Assembly: GCA_964016885.1 (NCBI GenBank)
Contig: OZ024744.1
Coordinates: 83,514,001 to 83,578,000, forward strand
Length of the DNA: 64,000 bases
From: Eledone cirrhosa
Lineage: Eukaryota
Direction of reading: 5' to 3'
The notes under the pieces were generated by a model, which was not told the DNA's origin, searched no databases, and saw only the letters and a list, made by a program, of their open reading frames with translations. The first letter of the stretch is position 1, and each line of letters opens with the position of its first letter. Shown piece after piece: positions 1 through 15,385 of this stretch. A program made the translations under genes and the position numbers.

Positions 1-227
1 ACTTAACTGATAGTCTCATAAATGATTTGATATTTACTTATTGTAGAATGTTGTTGTTGTTCAGGATTATGATATTGTTGTTGTTTTTGCTTCTGCTGCT
101 GCTGTGTTTTGTTTTGTAGTTGTTGTTGCTTTTGTTATTCTGAACCTAGGCCATTCGTGAGTGAGTGAATCTAAGATAAAAACGATATCCGGTTGTAAAC
201 AACCGCATTTTCATCAAACATAATGGG

Positions 228-320
228 TTCTACTTTTGGCACAAGGTCAGCAAATACCCAGTACATTGCTGGTACTTTATTTTATCGACCCCCGTAAGGA
301 TGAAAGGCAAAGTTAACCTC
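228..320 (-). mobile_element. Nin-domain-type tRNA-derived SINE, partial (3' part)
   Basis: ctggtactttattttatcgacccccgtaaggatgaaaggcaaagttaacctc, the reverse complement of the core shared by about 15 copies in the window. Confidence 0.85.
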
Positions 321-342
321 CATGTTCTTTAAACATAATGGG

Positions 343-492
343 TTCTGATTTAGGCATAAGGTCAACAATTTTGGTAAAGAGGAAAGTCGATTAAATCGAT
401 TCCAGTGTATTACTGGTACTTTATTTTATCGACACTGTAAGGATGAAAGGCAAAGCTAAACTCGGCGGGATTTGAACGTAAAGGGCCGTAAC
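343..492 (-). mobile_element. Nin-domain-type SINE, partial
   Basis: Same core plus B-box complement ggatttgaac. Confidence 0.85.
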
Positions 493-1381
493 GCCAAATT
501 GCGAAGTTCAATTGTATAGTGTCTACATTGTCCAAGTGTGCGGTATACTCACAAATTGTTTTCAGATAATAACAATCCTAACGTAAAGGGCTGTAACTAT
601 GTTTGACTTATACTGTCTAATGCATTCACTCATCTTTTATTAATGCCTTTGGTTGGGACTTTAAAGAGATTCGGTTAATGTTAAGCTGAGTTGTTCGAGC
701 GTCTCAATAGGTGTCCCGATATCTGTCCCGACTCTCTGCACGCTGATAACAAATATCTTTGAGGTTAAGTTTGCCATTCGTCGTTTCAGGATCGACAAAT
801 AAAGTGCCTATCCAGAGCGGTTGACCGGCAATTTCATTCTGACTATGTACGTTACTTCCTTTCATTGGTGTGTGTGTCACTTCTATTATGAGTTTAAAAT
901 GTCAAAAACCAAGGAAAACATTTTTCGTCTGATCTAACGGCCGGCTCCTTATATTTTTATTGTTTTTCTTGAGTGTCACGTAGAAAACCCTTCATTGATT
1001 TATATAGTGCATGTATTTTAACAAGGTTAAATAAGGAAAACTAGGACGTTGAATATAAGTACAGCAAATATAGAGAAATGATTTAGAAGAGATGGACAAT
1101 TACCACTTTAATTAAAAAGGTTAAACGGTTAATATGTATTTGTTTAAAAAAGTGTCTTAAATTTCCCATCTTAGTTATACGGTTGAAAAAAAACAATGAA
1201 TAAATAAATAAAATAAATGAATACATAAATACAATAAATATATAAATGAAAGAAGATATACTAGAGGCATCTTTAATGTCATCTATATCGTTACGACCTT
1301 AGTCAAAACCAACGCCATTTTGCCACCAACTACACCATCATCTGCAACATCCCCACCATGACTGTAAACATCATATATAAT

Positions 1382-1487
1382 AATTGTTTCTACTTTGTGA
1401 CACTAGGCCAGCAATTACCAGTACATTACTGGTACTTTATTTTATCGACCCCCGTACCAATGAAAGGCAAAGTTAACTTCGACGGAA
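1382..1487 (-). mobile_element. Nin-domain-type SINE, partial
   Basis: Same core sequence. Confidence 0.85.
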
Positions 1488-1731
1488 TAATAACACCAGT
1501 ATTAAGCAGTAACAATCTAGTAAACTGGAAATTATTGAATATTTTAGAAACACATAAAATACAGGTAATATATATATATATATATATATTTAAAGGTTAA
1601 ACAAGGTTCAATGAATAAATCAATGAATAAAGTTTTACAATAGATTAGAAGCACTCCACAGTATTGGTTTTCCGAAGTTATTAATATTAATTCAAAATAT
1701 TAACAAATATAGACATTCGTGTGATCAAGTA

Positions 1732-1799
1732 TATTTTATTATACATATTTCAGAGGTACTGAGCTATCTTCAACAGCACGTCCTCATCAGATAAAATAA
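1732..1799 (-). ncRNA. Minimal type-I hammerhead ribozyme motif (minus arm)
   Basis: Reverse complement reads ttattttat-CTGATGA-stem II-GAAA-tatgta-TA-ataaaata. Confidence 0.75.
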
Positions 1800-1901
1800 C
1801 ATGATGCATGACATACCCTGACTATGTAGATGGTTAAAATTCAGTCATGGCAGTCATGAATTTTAACCATCTACATAGTTAAGGTATGTCAAGCACCATG
1901 T

Positions 1902-1968
1902 TATTTTATCTGATGAGGACGTACTGTTGAAGATAGCTCAGTACCTCTGAAATATGTATAATAAAATA
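1902..1968 (+). ncRNA. Minimal type-I hammerhead ribozyme motif (plus arm)
   Basis: tattttat-CTGATGA(1910)-ggacgtac...gtacctct-GAAA(1949)-tatgta-TA-ataaaata; stem I pairs and stem III ATATGTAT is self-complementary with G-U. Confidence 0.8.
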
Positions 1969-2042
1969 TACTTGATCACACGAATGTCTATATTTGTTAA
2001 TATTTTGAATTAATATATGCATATATATATATTTATATATAT

Positions 2043-2365
<323 letters not shown>

Positions 2366-2602
2366 CGAGTGAGAGAAAGAGAGAAATAAAAGAAGAGAGT
2401 GAGATGTAAAATCAACGATGGCGGCGCCAACAACACACTTGAAAAGGCTTGCTAAACATACAAGCTGAAACCGGTGGGCACCGCGTTTGGGGATTTTACA
2501 TATCTCTATACCCACTTTGCATCACCTTATGCATCGAAAACTCCCATGATCTCCTCGATTTCATTACTGCTGACTCTTCCTCTCTCTCCTCTCTCTCTCT
2601 CA

Positions 2603-2634
<32 letters not shown>

Positions 2635-2637
2635 TTC

Positions 2638-2702
<65 letters not shown>

Positions 2703-2774
2703 TAACAATAATAAATTTGAAGACTAAAATCCAATTAATTAAAATAAATTAATATATATATATATATATATACG

Positions 2775-3012
2775 TTGGATGTTTGTATTCGTATGAAAGA
2801 AAATACAAGAAAATACAATGAGAAAAAGCAACACTGAAGATCAATAGAATACAGTAATAAAAATCTATTAGTTTAACGCTTGATATAGTAAGAAAATAGC
2901 CTTAACCTTTCGGCCATAAGCCCTTCATCGCAAGATAGAATGAGATAGAGGGAAGAATAAAGAGTAAAGAGAGCAAGAAAAGAAAGAAAACGGGAAAAAT
3001 ATATTTCGGGGA
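2775..3012 (-). mobile_element. Probable Penelope-type 3' end remnant with degenerate hammerhead
   Basis: Minus strand reads cgatgaagggcttatggccgaaa...; similar to 26940-27130. Confidence 0.45.
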
Positions 3013-3120
3013 CATAACACACAAATGCATACACAAGTATAAATACACACATATATACATATACATACACACACACACACACACACATATATATGTATAT
3101 ATATATTTATATATATATGT

Positions 3121-3189
<69 letters not shown>

Positions 3190-3206
3190 TATGTGTGTGT
3201 GTATAT

Positions 3207-3237
<31 letters not shown>

Positions 3238-3251
3238 CATATATATATATA

Positions 3252-3410
3252 GATTTTGAGTGTATGTTGGTTGTTTATATGATTCCAGTTCCTCTGAGAA
3301 CTAACAACACACCCAGGAGCTGGACATATCGTTGAATTGACAGAGTAGACCACATTACAACACCATGTTTACCTGAGAAGCCAACTTTAACATGTTTGAC
3401 TTACTTATTT
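3252..3410. mobile_element. Deleted relative of the 33470-33835 hairpin element
   Basis: atgattccagttcctc...ccaggag/a and gaagccaa.ttt.aaca..tttgactt shared with the 33.5 kb element. Confidence 0.55.
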
Positions 3411-3432
3411 TACACACACACGCACACGCGCG

Positions 3433-3551
<119 letters not shown>

Positions 3552-3596
3552 TCAATGATATTAAATAAATGGAAACTATATTTATAAAACCTTATT

Positions 3597-3656
3597 TATT
3601 CTATTATATATATTTCAAGGGTACCAAACTTTGGTACGCTCTCATCAGATAAAATA
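3597..3656 (-). ncRNA. Minimal hammerhead ribozyme motif (minus arm)
   Basis: Reverse complement: tattttat-CTGATGA-gagcgtaccaaagtttggtaccctt-GAAA-tatata-TA-atagaata. Confidence 0.8.
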
Positions 3657-3797
3657 CAAAGTTTGTTTTATAAATATTGACATGTCTAGGAAGAAGGTCT
3701 TAATGGTTCAAGTTATTCTTGAGTAGTCTATCCATGAAAAACTTGAACCGTTACGATCTTCTTCCTGGATATGTCAATATTTATAAAACAAACATTG

Positions 3798-3858
3798 TAT
3801 TTTATCTGATGAGAGCGTACCAAAGTTTTGGTATCCTTGAAATATATATAATAGAATA
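3798..3858 (+). ncRNA. Minimal hammerhead ribozyme motif (plus arm)
   Basis: tattttat-CTGATGA(3806)-gagcgtaccaaagttttggtatcctt-GAAA(3839)-tatata-TA-atagaata. Confidence 0.8.
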
Positions 3859-4009
3859 AATACGGTTTTAGAAATATAGTTTCCGTTTATTTAATATCAT
3901 TGAATATTATACTCCAGAAAACTTGTCGAGTGCTTAGATTCCGTTATATACATATATTTGTTGAATTACCAACAAATTAAATATCCCCTTTGCTTATATA
4001 TATATATGA

Positions 4010-4440
4010 ATAGATAAGAGGAAATATACGGCCCTTTCTGAATTGATCTGGAAGCTCAAACTTGAAAAGGCCCCGTACTCTCTGCTCTGGTCCTTGGTTA
4101 GAAAGGTACCCCAGACAGAGGCGGGTCTGGTATTTGCAACCTCTGTCTTAGTGAGACACTCGAGATTCTTCATGGCGGAACCAAGCTATTAAACAGAAGG
4201 GCCGACTTATTCGGTGCCTGCAGACACCTAAGGAAGGGAACTTTCCTCAAGCTATATGGATAAACCTCGGTTAAGGCCTCCCACAACGACCCGCCCCCCC
4301 CCCCCCCATGTAGGTCCCCTACACCCCGTACCAATGACCAATGGCCGACAACAACCACCCAGAGTTTGTGGTCCCTATGGTGGATGGTCCACCGGATCCT
4401 CTACTGGTTACGAGTCATCAAAACCACGTTTTAACCTGAT
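4010..4440 (+). mobile_element. Penelope-like (Naiad-type) GIY-YIG endonuclease C-terminal relic plus 3' UTR
   Basis: Manual translation SELIWKLKLEKAPYSLLWSLVRK..GGSGICNLCLSETLEILHGGTKLLNRRADLFGACRHLRK fits the IW.LK...W...C.LC..E...LLN.R....CRH pattern. Confidence 0.75.
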
Positions 4441-4523
4441 TTTATATATATATATATATATGGATGTTGTATGTATATATGTATATGTTTTATATATGTA
4501 AATGTGTGTATTTTATATATATA

Positions 4524-5526
4524 TGTGCAACCTTATATTGCTATACTGTAAATAGCAGCCACTCAATTATAAGATTCACATAGATACAGCAAAATCCTTA
4601 ACACTAAATCTATTAGACTATCTTACTCCACGGCACCAAATATAGAGACACACATTAAGATGCTTAACGCTAAAAAGATACACAACACCAGAAGACAAAT
4701 TTACAACAATAACAATACAATCACCATTGAACACAACAGAATATCTAATACACAACCACCCACTAATAGACAAACAAAACGTAACACACTTGTACAGGCA
4801 TCGCAGCCCACCAATAATGCCAAAGTTGCCGATGACAAGAATTGTAACTGCCACCTACCTGAAACCTGTCCATTAAATAATGAATGTATGCAGTCTAACC
4901 TGGTTTACCAATGCACAGTGGAATCAGACAACCAGAAACGGTATTACATCGGAGCGACTGGGAATTTAAAGCCCATTGGTATACACACCGTTACGCAATG
5001 AAATATTCCCAGCTTCGTTATGTAACTACCCTTGCAAACAAGACCTGGCAACTGAGGGAAAGTAACCATCAATACACCCTGAAGTGGAAAAAATTATCTA
5101 ACGCGCCCCATATCGGAGTGGTATGAGAAGCTGTCGATTATGTAACCTGGAGCTGTTCCACATTTTGGGTTCGAAGAATAAGTTACTCAACAATAAAATC
5201 GAAAGATCAATTTATTGTAACCATAGACTCAAAGAGAAGTTTTCGCACTACAAGTGCAAATCGAACCCTTAACCTCTTACTACCAACTGACAAACTGCAT
5301 ATACTTAGACTTTATACCCTCTTGTTGTATCTAAACCCTTTTAATTACCCACAAAAACCAATACCTATATCCCTCCCTTCTCCTTCATTCCTCTTCTATT
5401 TCTTCGTTTTCTTCCTTCCTTCCCTCCCCTTTTTGGCTATCTTTTCTTTCTTTCTCGCCCCTTCTTTGCTTTTATTTTTGTCATTATCTTTATCTTTATT
5501 TTTAATATATATTTATATCTTTATAT

Positions 5527-5590
<64 letters not shown>

Positions 5591-6010
5591 TCTATCCATC
5601 CCTCCCACTATGATCAATTTAATTCTCTTTAACTCACTAACATGAAGTCTACATATCAAAACTGATCAAGGAATCCTTCCACCTCTTCCCCTCCCTCCAT
5701 CTCAGTTTGTCACTCTACTTCCTAACTTACCCCCCCCTTCCTCTGTCTCTATACTATTCCGTTTGTCCCCTCACCTTCTAATTCCTCTCTCTCTATACTA
5801 GTAAATACAATTAAAAAAAAATGTTTTTCTCTATATATTAAGAACTATTTCAAGAGTAACTTACTCACTATTTTGAAAATTTGGACTGTGAACAACAATT
5901 ATAATTGAGTGGCTGCTATTTGCAGTATAGCACTATAAGGTTGCACTTACCAATGAAACGGTCGTAAATAACTGGATAAAATCCTTCTCTTAATGCTTAC
6001 CTGTGTTTTT
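4524..6010 (+). mobile_element. 5'-truncated Penelope-like retroelement (Naiad-type) with inverted terminal repeat
   Basis: Frameshifted coding 4575-5272: KILNTKSIRLSYSTAPN...CNCHLPETCPLNNECMQSNLVYQCTVESDNQKRYYIGAT/FKAHWYTH...TTLANKTWQLRE...LKWK/YRSGMRSCRLCNLE...LLNNKIE..YCNHR; inverted repeat 4524-4571 vs 5897-5947; 3' tail containing GAAAcggtcgTA. Confidence 0.9.
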
Positions 6011-6017
6011 TCTTTTA

Positions 6018-6080
<63 letters not shown>

Positions 6081-6132
6081 ACCATATATGTATATATATT
6101 TATGTTTGTGTGTGTTTATATATATACATTTA

Positions 6133-6305
6133 TAATTGTTTCTACGTTTGGCACAAGGCCAGCAAAGTACCCAGTGCATTACTGGTACTTTATTTTATCG
6201 ACCCCATAAGGATGAAAGGCAAAGTTGACCTCGACGAAATTTGAACTCAGAAGGCCAAGGGCCGTAACTCTATACGTCAAAGCATGGCGTCCGACCCTCT
6301 ACCAA
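6133..6305 (-). mobile_element. Nin-domain-type SINE
   Basis: Core plus tRNA-like head (B-box complement atttgaactc). Confidence 0.85.
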
Positions 6306-7122
6306 TATACATTTATAATAACTTAAAATTAGATAACTTAGATAGGTTTTGACCAATATAAGCTCAGGTTATGTCTAACATAACAGTACTTTCTAATGGA
6401 GTCTTTCAGATCATGTTTCGCACATCAGTCATATTTTGGACACCATGGCCGACTCTAGTAAAGAGTTATTGTTTTGAGAGACATATCCGGATGTAAGGAG
6501 TTTTTCCTGAATTTGTTGGAACATTTGTCCGGAGCATTCTGTCATGAAATTTATGGAATCTCTGCACGTTTTGATTTACTTTCGTATGATATTAAAGAGA
6601 GCTAGGCCGGTTGAGGTGAAATAGTTGTGTCGTAATGTTATGTTGTGGTTTCGACTTTTGTAGTGGGCGGACAACAGGGGGGGGGGGGGGCAAATATTAC
6701 GTGGATTTTAAATACATCCACACTAAGTATACATATATATATGAGTGTGTATTTTTTGTATTTGCATAGGTGCGTACATATTTATTACGTATTTATGTAA
6801 AAGTATATTTGATTCTGTATCTCTCTCTCTATATATATATATACAGAATCAAATATACTTTTGCATATTTTATGTATTATATATATAGATAAGTTAAAAC
6901 AGTGAAATAAAAAATTCAAGTCATTAGAAATATACTGCACTGCTTTACGATCGTTTCTAAGTGATGATAATACATCGTAACCATATTTCGTTATCGATCT
7001 ATGTAAGGTTAGTTACAAAATATCAGATAAGGAAAATATCTACTTACTGTGTATATATATATATATATAGAGAGAGAGGGGGGGGCGAGATGAATATATA
7101 TACATATATATTATATGTTATA

Positions 7123-7753
7123 CTAGGCCAGGCGTTATGGCCAGGCGTTGCTTGGGATTCTAAACATAGATTGGCATGTTTATCCCTCCTTTCTTAAACA
7201 GTACAGAGAAGTACGGGATCCCTCGGCCCAAGGATGGTGTCTACATTTTGTGCTTATGAAAAAACTACATCGTAGATTACCAGGGGTTTAACTTAATAGG
7301 GTGCCTGAGAGTAAAATGTTCAAACCACGAAAGCCAAGACAATATGTGAACGCAGAAGTAAATATTTCGAAAAAGCGTTACACACTATATATATATATAT
7401 ATATATATAAGCACACACTATATACACACACACACACACACAGATAGCGTCATAACGTCGTAATGCAGACAGCCAGACATACAGCCAGATATTATAAGGG
7501 CGCGACGTCGTAGCTATGTATCTATCTAAAAAGAAAGACTAAGAATTATATAGAGAGATCGCTAAATCACCTAATGCGGTCGCTAGGGCATTGTAAATTT
7601 GAAATATTTTTTTGCTCAAAACACTAACACCACCATAAGTATTTGATGTGTAAAGGTTGAAAACAATCGGTTGGGTGGTTCTCGAGTTTTAGGGAGTGAG
7701 ACAGACAGACTGATAGACAGACAGACAGACATTTTCTCTTTTAGATATATAGA
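7123..7753 (-). mobile_element. Non-autonomous Helitron
   Basis: On the minus strand it starts TC (7753) and ends CTAG (7123) with subterminal hairpin ccaggcgttgcttgg, inserted at an A|T site; internal segments shared with 62258-62430. Confidence 0.75.
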
Positions 7754-8351
7754 TATTATAAAAATTCACCCTCTCTCACAGTCTGGCACTGCTTGTGGAA
7801 ATAGAAAGAGCCACTACTCCTTATAATATAAACATACTCTACTACCCCAAGTATCGAGTACTCTGTTGAGTTTCAAACTGAATTCATTCATATATGTATA
7901 TATATGTGTGTGTGTGTATGTGTGTGTGTTTATGTTGACATATATATGAACATATGACAGAGGTAGTTATCAGTACTATATATAAAAATAGCCTTAAATA
8001 TTTTCATATGACATTTTTATCATGCATAGGCATTAACATACCATTAAAAAATGTACCATGCAGAAACACGCACACAGACATATAACCCCATGCAAACACA
8101 TGCTACCAAGCACACCTGGAAATGATACACTCTGCAAACCTCCAAATAATCTACTAACAAAATATAGACTGAAAGACATGTCCCTACACCCTCCAGACAA
8201 AAAAAAAAAAAAAAACAACAGACAAACAAAACATATTTTTTTCTTGACATACTCTAAATTTATTACCAACAAATGAAAAGGCATGCATACTTAAACATAT
8301 ACTAACACACGAACATACACTAAAATTTGTGTGTATATATATATATACACA

Positions 8352-8815
8352 ATGATGTTAAATAAATGGAAACTATATTTATATAACCATATTTATTCTA
8401 TTATATATATTTCAAGGGTACCGAAAAACTTTGGTACACTATCATCAAATAAATTACGAAGTGTGTTTTATAAATTTTGAAATAGCCAAGAAGAATATAA
8501 CTTAACAGTTCAAGTTTTCCTTGGATAGTATCCAAGGAGAACTATCCAAGGAAAACTTGAACTGTTAAGGTATATTCTTCTTAGCTATGTCAAAATTTAT
8601 AAAACACACTTTGTATTTTATCTGATGAAAACGTACCAAAGTTTGTTGGTACCCTTGATATATATATAATAGAATAAATATAGTTTTATAAATATATTTT
8701 CCATTTATTTAATATCATGGTATATTATACTCCAGAAAAAGTGTAGAGTGCTCTGAATCAGTTATAAACATTTATATTTGTTGAATTACCAACAAATTGA
8801 ATATCCTTTCTGCTT
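8352..8815 (+). mobile_element. Fold-back minielement family A with degenerate twin hammerheads
   Basis: Inverted repeat 8352-8718, tail to 8815; plus arm CTGATGA(8622)...GATA, minus arm TTGATGA...GAAA; close homolog of 3549-3995. Confidence 0.85.
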
Positions 8816-8838
8816 ATATATATATATATATATATATA

Positions 8839-8965
8839 TGGACAAATCCAGGACCTCGACGGCCGGAACTCAACCGTCGGGATCCTGAATCTTTTCATAT
8901 TACTCACTCTACTATCCCAAGTATCGAATACGCTGGTACGTTATGGTTTAGCTGGTTTTTAACAC

Positions 8966-8972
<7 letters not shown>
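8839..8972 (+). mobile_element. Fold-back minielement family B, internally deleted
   Basis: gacggc...ccgtcggg remnant and family-B tail actctactatcccaagtatcgaatac. Confidence 0.65.
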
Positions 8973-9024
<52 letters not shown>

Positions 9025-9137
9025 TGTGTGTTCTAAGCCCTACTCTCAGGTCAACATTTCTTTAGTAAAAAATACGGCGAAATCTTCTATTTCCATTTTT
9101 AAACTGGGCTCGCTGTTTCAATAAAAAAAAATAAAAT

Positions 9138-9223
<86 letters not shown>

Positions 9224-9300
9224 CCACCCCACTCTCTAGAGCGTGAACCTAATAAACTTTTATTTGTACTGCCACTCTGATTTTGTTCCCGTCCAAGTTT

Positions 9301-9345
<45 letters not shown>

Positions 9346-9559
9346 AGTGTAGTGTGATGCGTGTGTAGGTTTGAGCGTGCATGTATATAATGATTTCTAG
9401 CATAGGCACAAGTCGATTAAATCGACACCAGTGTATAACTGGTGCATCTAATTTATCAACCCGCACTCAGAAGGTAAAATACCATGACTCTATGCTACAA
9501 AGCGTTGTGTCTATAATGAAAACTGGCGCACCATCTGTCACAACGACGCGTGGTCAAGT

Positions 9560-9845
9560 TGATACGACCAACGGAAGAATCGCTTCGTGAAATTAATGGC
9601 TATGCATTCATCAGACATTCAACTGACACGCGGAGCTCCTCTCGGGGAGATTCGATGTGACGCAGAATATGACAAAACTGACCCTTTGTATCAGAGCTAG
9701 AACTCATTTCTATCAGATTAGTTAGTGTACTGCAACAAGGTGAAATAAAGTATCTTGCTCCAGGAAGGATACCACGTGCCACCGGAGTATACCGGACTCA
9801 CGATCGTGAGCCGAATATACTAGCCACTAAGCCATGTAGCCTCAC
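9560..9845 (-). mobile_element. tRNA-derived SINE, second family (CORE/Meta-like centre)
   Basis: gaaataaagtatcttgctc...ccactaagcc is the complement of head and centre seen at 58040-58200. Confidence 0.55.
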
Positions 9846-9847
9846 GC

Positions 9848-9906
<59 letters not shown>

Positions 9907-9924
9907 CATATATATGTATGTATG

Positions 9925-9960
<36 letters not shown>

Positions 9961-9963
<3 letters not shown>

Positions 9964-10170
9964 CGAAGGAATTGTGGTAAGGAACCAGGTGGACCATAAC
10001 GCACCAAAGTACTCAATACTTAGGGTGGTAGTAGAGTGGGTAATAGGAACAAGTATGACCCCGAACCCGACGGCAGAGAGTTGAAGCCGTTTCGACGTCT
10101 ATATCTGGACGTCCAGAAATAGCCGTCGAAACGGCTTGAGCTCTGCCTTGGGGGTCATACTTGTTCCTAT
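9961..10170 (-). mobile_element. Fold-back minielement family B
   Basis: Tail on the left, palindrome centred on ggacgtcc (about 10110), (TA)n flanks. Confidence 0.8.
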
Positions 10171-10182
10171 ATATATATATAT

Positions 10183-10405
10183 AGTAATAATAATAAATTT
10201 CAAGACTAAAATCGAAAGAGGGCTCGATAAGGATAAATATATATCAAATATATAAGAACCGTAGAGCAAATATTTATTAAAATAGCAGATTAAAGTTTAA
10301 GCAAAGAATCGCTGCTTTCATCCTTAACGGGATCTTCAGAAGATCCAGTTAAGGGTGAAAGCAGCGATTCTTTGCTTAAACTTTAATCTGTTATTTTAAT
10401 AAATA
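10183..10405 (-). mobile_element. Fold-back minielement family C, folded at the hammerhead core
   Basis: Near-perfect palindrome 10271-10405 centred at 10338 (gatcttc-a-gaagatc); minus arm reads CTGAAGA-tcc..gga-t-GAAA-gca..tgc-TT-aaac; left tail. Confidence 0.75.
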
Positions 10406-10499
10406 ATAAATATATATATATATACATATATATCTTTATTAAATACAAATACATCCACACACACGCACACACATACTACACACACATGTTCCTGTTACC

Positions 10500-13330
<2,831 letters not shown>

Positions 13331-13562
13331 TAACACACACGAACACATACACAAACCCCAAACACATTTAAATCATCCACGAACAATTCATTGACAGGCA
13401 GCTTTATGCAGAAAATGAAATCCTGAACACACAGACACACGCATAGCTAATTAGGCTCCTGGTAGAAAATGAACGTGAATGTACATATTTTAAACATCTG
13501 CGCATGCACGCACACACACACACACACACACGTACGCACACGCACACACACACGCACACGCG

Positions 13563-13647
<85 letters not shown>

Positions 13648-14047
13648 ATATAAAACACACATATACGGCTGATAGACGCTTATTTACCTATTAAATATCA
13701 TTCTAATAACGACCATATTATTCAAAAGAGTGAAGCCTAGGCCTTTTCATAGGTATTAGGTACACATGATATTTTTTTATGTAGTGTTGTGAAAGACTGA
13801 ATTGAGAGCCCTTGAAATACTTCAATATTGAATACATAGGGACGCGAACTCGGTTTAGTACGCCCCTATTTTTAGTTCCTCTAATCAAGACATATACTGT
13901 CTGAGACTGAACTACTGCTAATTAGAATACATTTGGCGTTAAAACCAATGTCTCTGAGAACAAATCTACTGTATGTAATAAAAACATTTTTTTAAATGTT
14001 TAAGCCACATACACATACAAACATATATGCATATACATATGTATGTC

Positions 14048-14169
<122 letters not shown>

Positions 14170-14256
14170 GTATATATATATATGTATATATATATATTGT
14201 TATACTTTGGGAGGGTCATGTTGCCAAACATATGTTGCTAAACAAATTCAGAAACG

Positions 14257-14308
<52 letters not shown>

Positions 14309-14330
14309 GTTAATTTCGTTTCGTTATTTG

Positions 14331-14390
<60 letters not shown>

Positions 14391-14609
14391 TATACTTTGA
14401 TAAATAAAATATAGATAAATAAAATCATAACTCTGAAACGCACCCATACACATATATATAGTCTAGTATGAAGAAAAGCACATACACAGCCTATGTTTTC
14501 CAAATGTCTGGCACTGTTATGTTTTGCTCCGCAAACAGATGCTCTATTAAAACCATCTTTGCGATCACTTTTTGCACTGTCAATTTCTGCACTTCCATCT
14601 CAGTCTCAT

Positions 14610-14694
14610 GTGTTGTTGTTGTTGTTGTTATTTGTTGTTGTTATTATTATTACTATTATTATTATCATTATTATTATTATTATCATTATTATTA

Positions 14695-14772
<78 letters not shown>

Positions 14773-14800
14773 TTATTATTGTTATTATTATTGTTGTTAA
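14610..14800. repeat. (TTA)n/(TTG)n microsatellite
   Basis: Seen directly. Confidence 0.95.
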
Positions 14801-15385
14801 TAGATTAGTCAGTAAATATAATAATCACTGGATTTTCTATTGCCTATCGTGTCTCAACAAGTACATTTATGCGGTGTCCACAGGGTAATCTTTTGTTGAA
14901 TAGCAATTTTTTTTATTCGGGTTTATTCGCTTAAGGTACCCTTTCCGTTTCAGTGGGTATGGCTTCCAAAAAACCTATGACAACTGGAATTATCTTACTG
15001 TTGTTACCTGTCATCGGCTACATTTGTGCAACTTCGATCTTCAAGTCAGTATATTTTTTCAAGGTTATGCTGTCAGCTCCTGGGATGATAACATTAATAA
15101 TCTGGCGTTCATGCTTATTTCTGAGTATAACTACAACATCAGGCCTGTTGTGTTCAAGTTTGTGATCCGTGTGGATAGTGAAGTTTCATAATATCTTCAG
15201 TTTGTCTCTGTCATCAAGGATATTTTCTGTGATAGGCTAGTACCACTTATGGGATACGAGATATTCATATTGTTTGCTCATTGAACAGTGAAGTTAAATA
15301 TTGACCTTGTTAAGTCTTCTTTTATGCTCTTTTTGAGATAGCACTCACTATGTGAATTATACTTTTTATAGATTTATTCGCTTTG
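14800..15385 (-). mobile_element. R4/Dong-like non-LTR retrotransposon relic (restriction-like endonuclease domain)
   Basis: Minus strand: QKEHKRRLNKV...KWY*P..ENILDDRDKLKIL*NFTIHTDHKLEHNRPDVVV...IINVIIPG...KKYTDLKIEVAQM...IIPVVIGFL; 3' end abuts (TAA)n. Confidence 0.85.

Larger units (their letters stand above)
1590..2016 (-). mobile_element. Fold-back (palindromic) Penelope-type minielement, family A, with twin hammerheads
   Basis: Inverted arms about 1684-1842 and 1858-2016; one-sided tail 1590-1683 resembling the tails at 3907-3995 and 8719-8815; flanked by (TA)n. Confidence 0.8.

Noticed and set aside
5118-5126. TGA ending ORF 4911-5126 as a selenocysteine codon
   Set aside because: It is out of frame after a frameshift near 5110; the homologous frame reads YRSGMRSC
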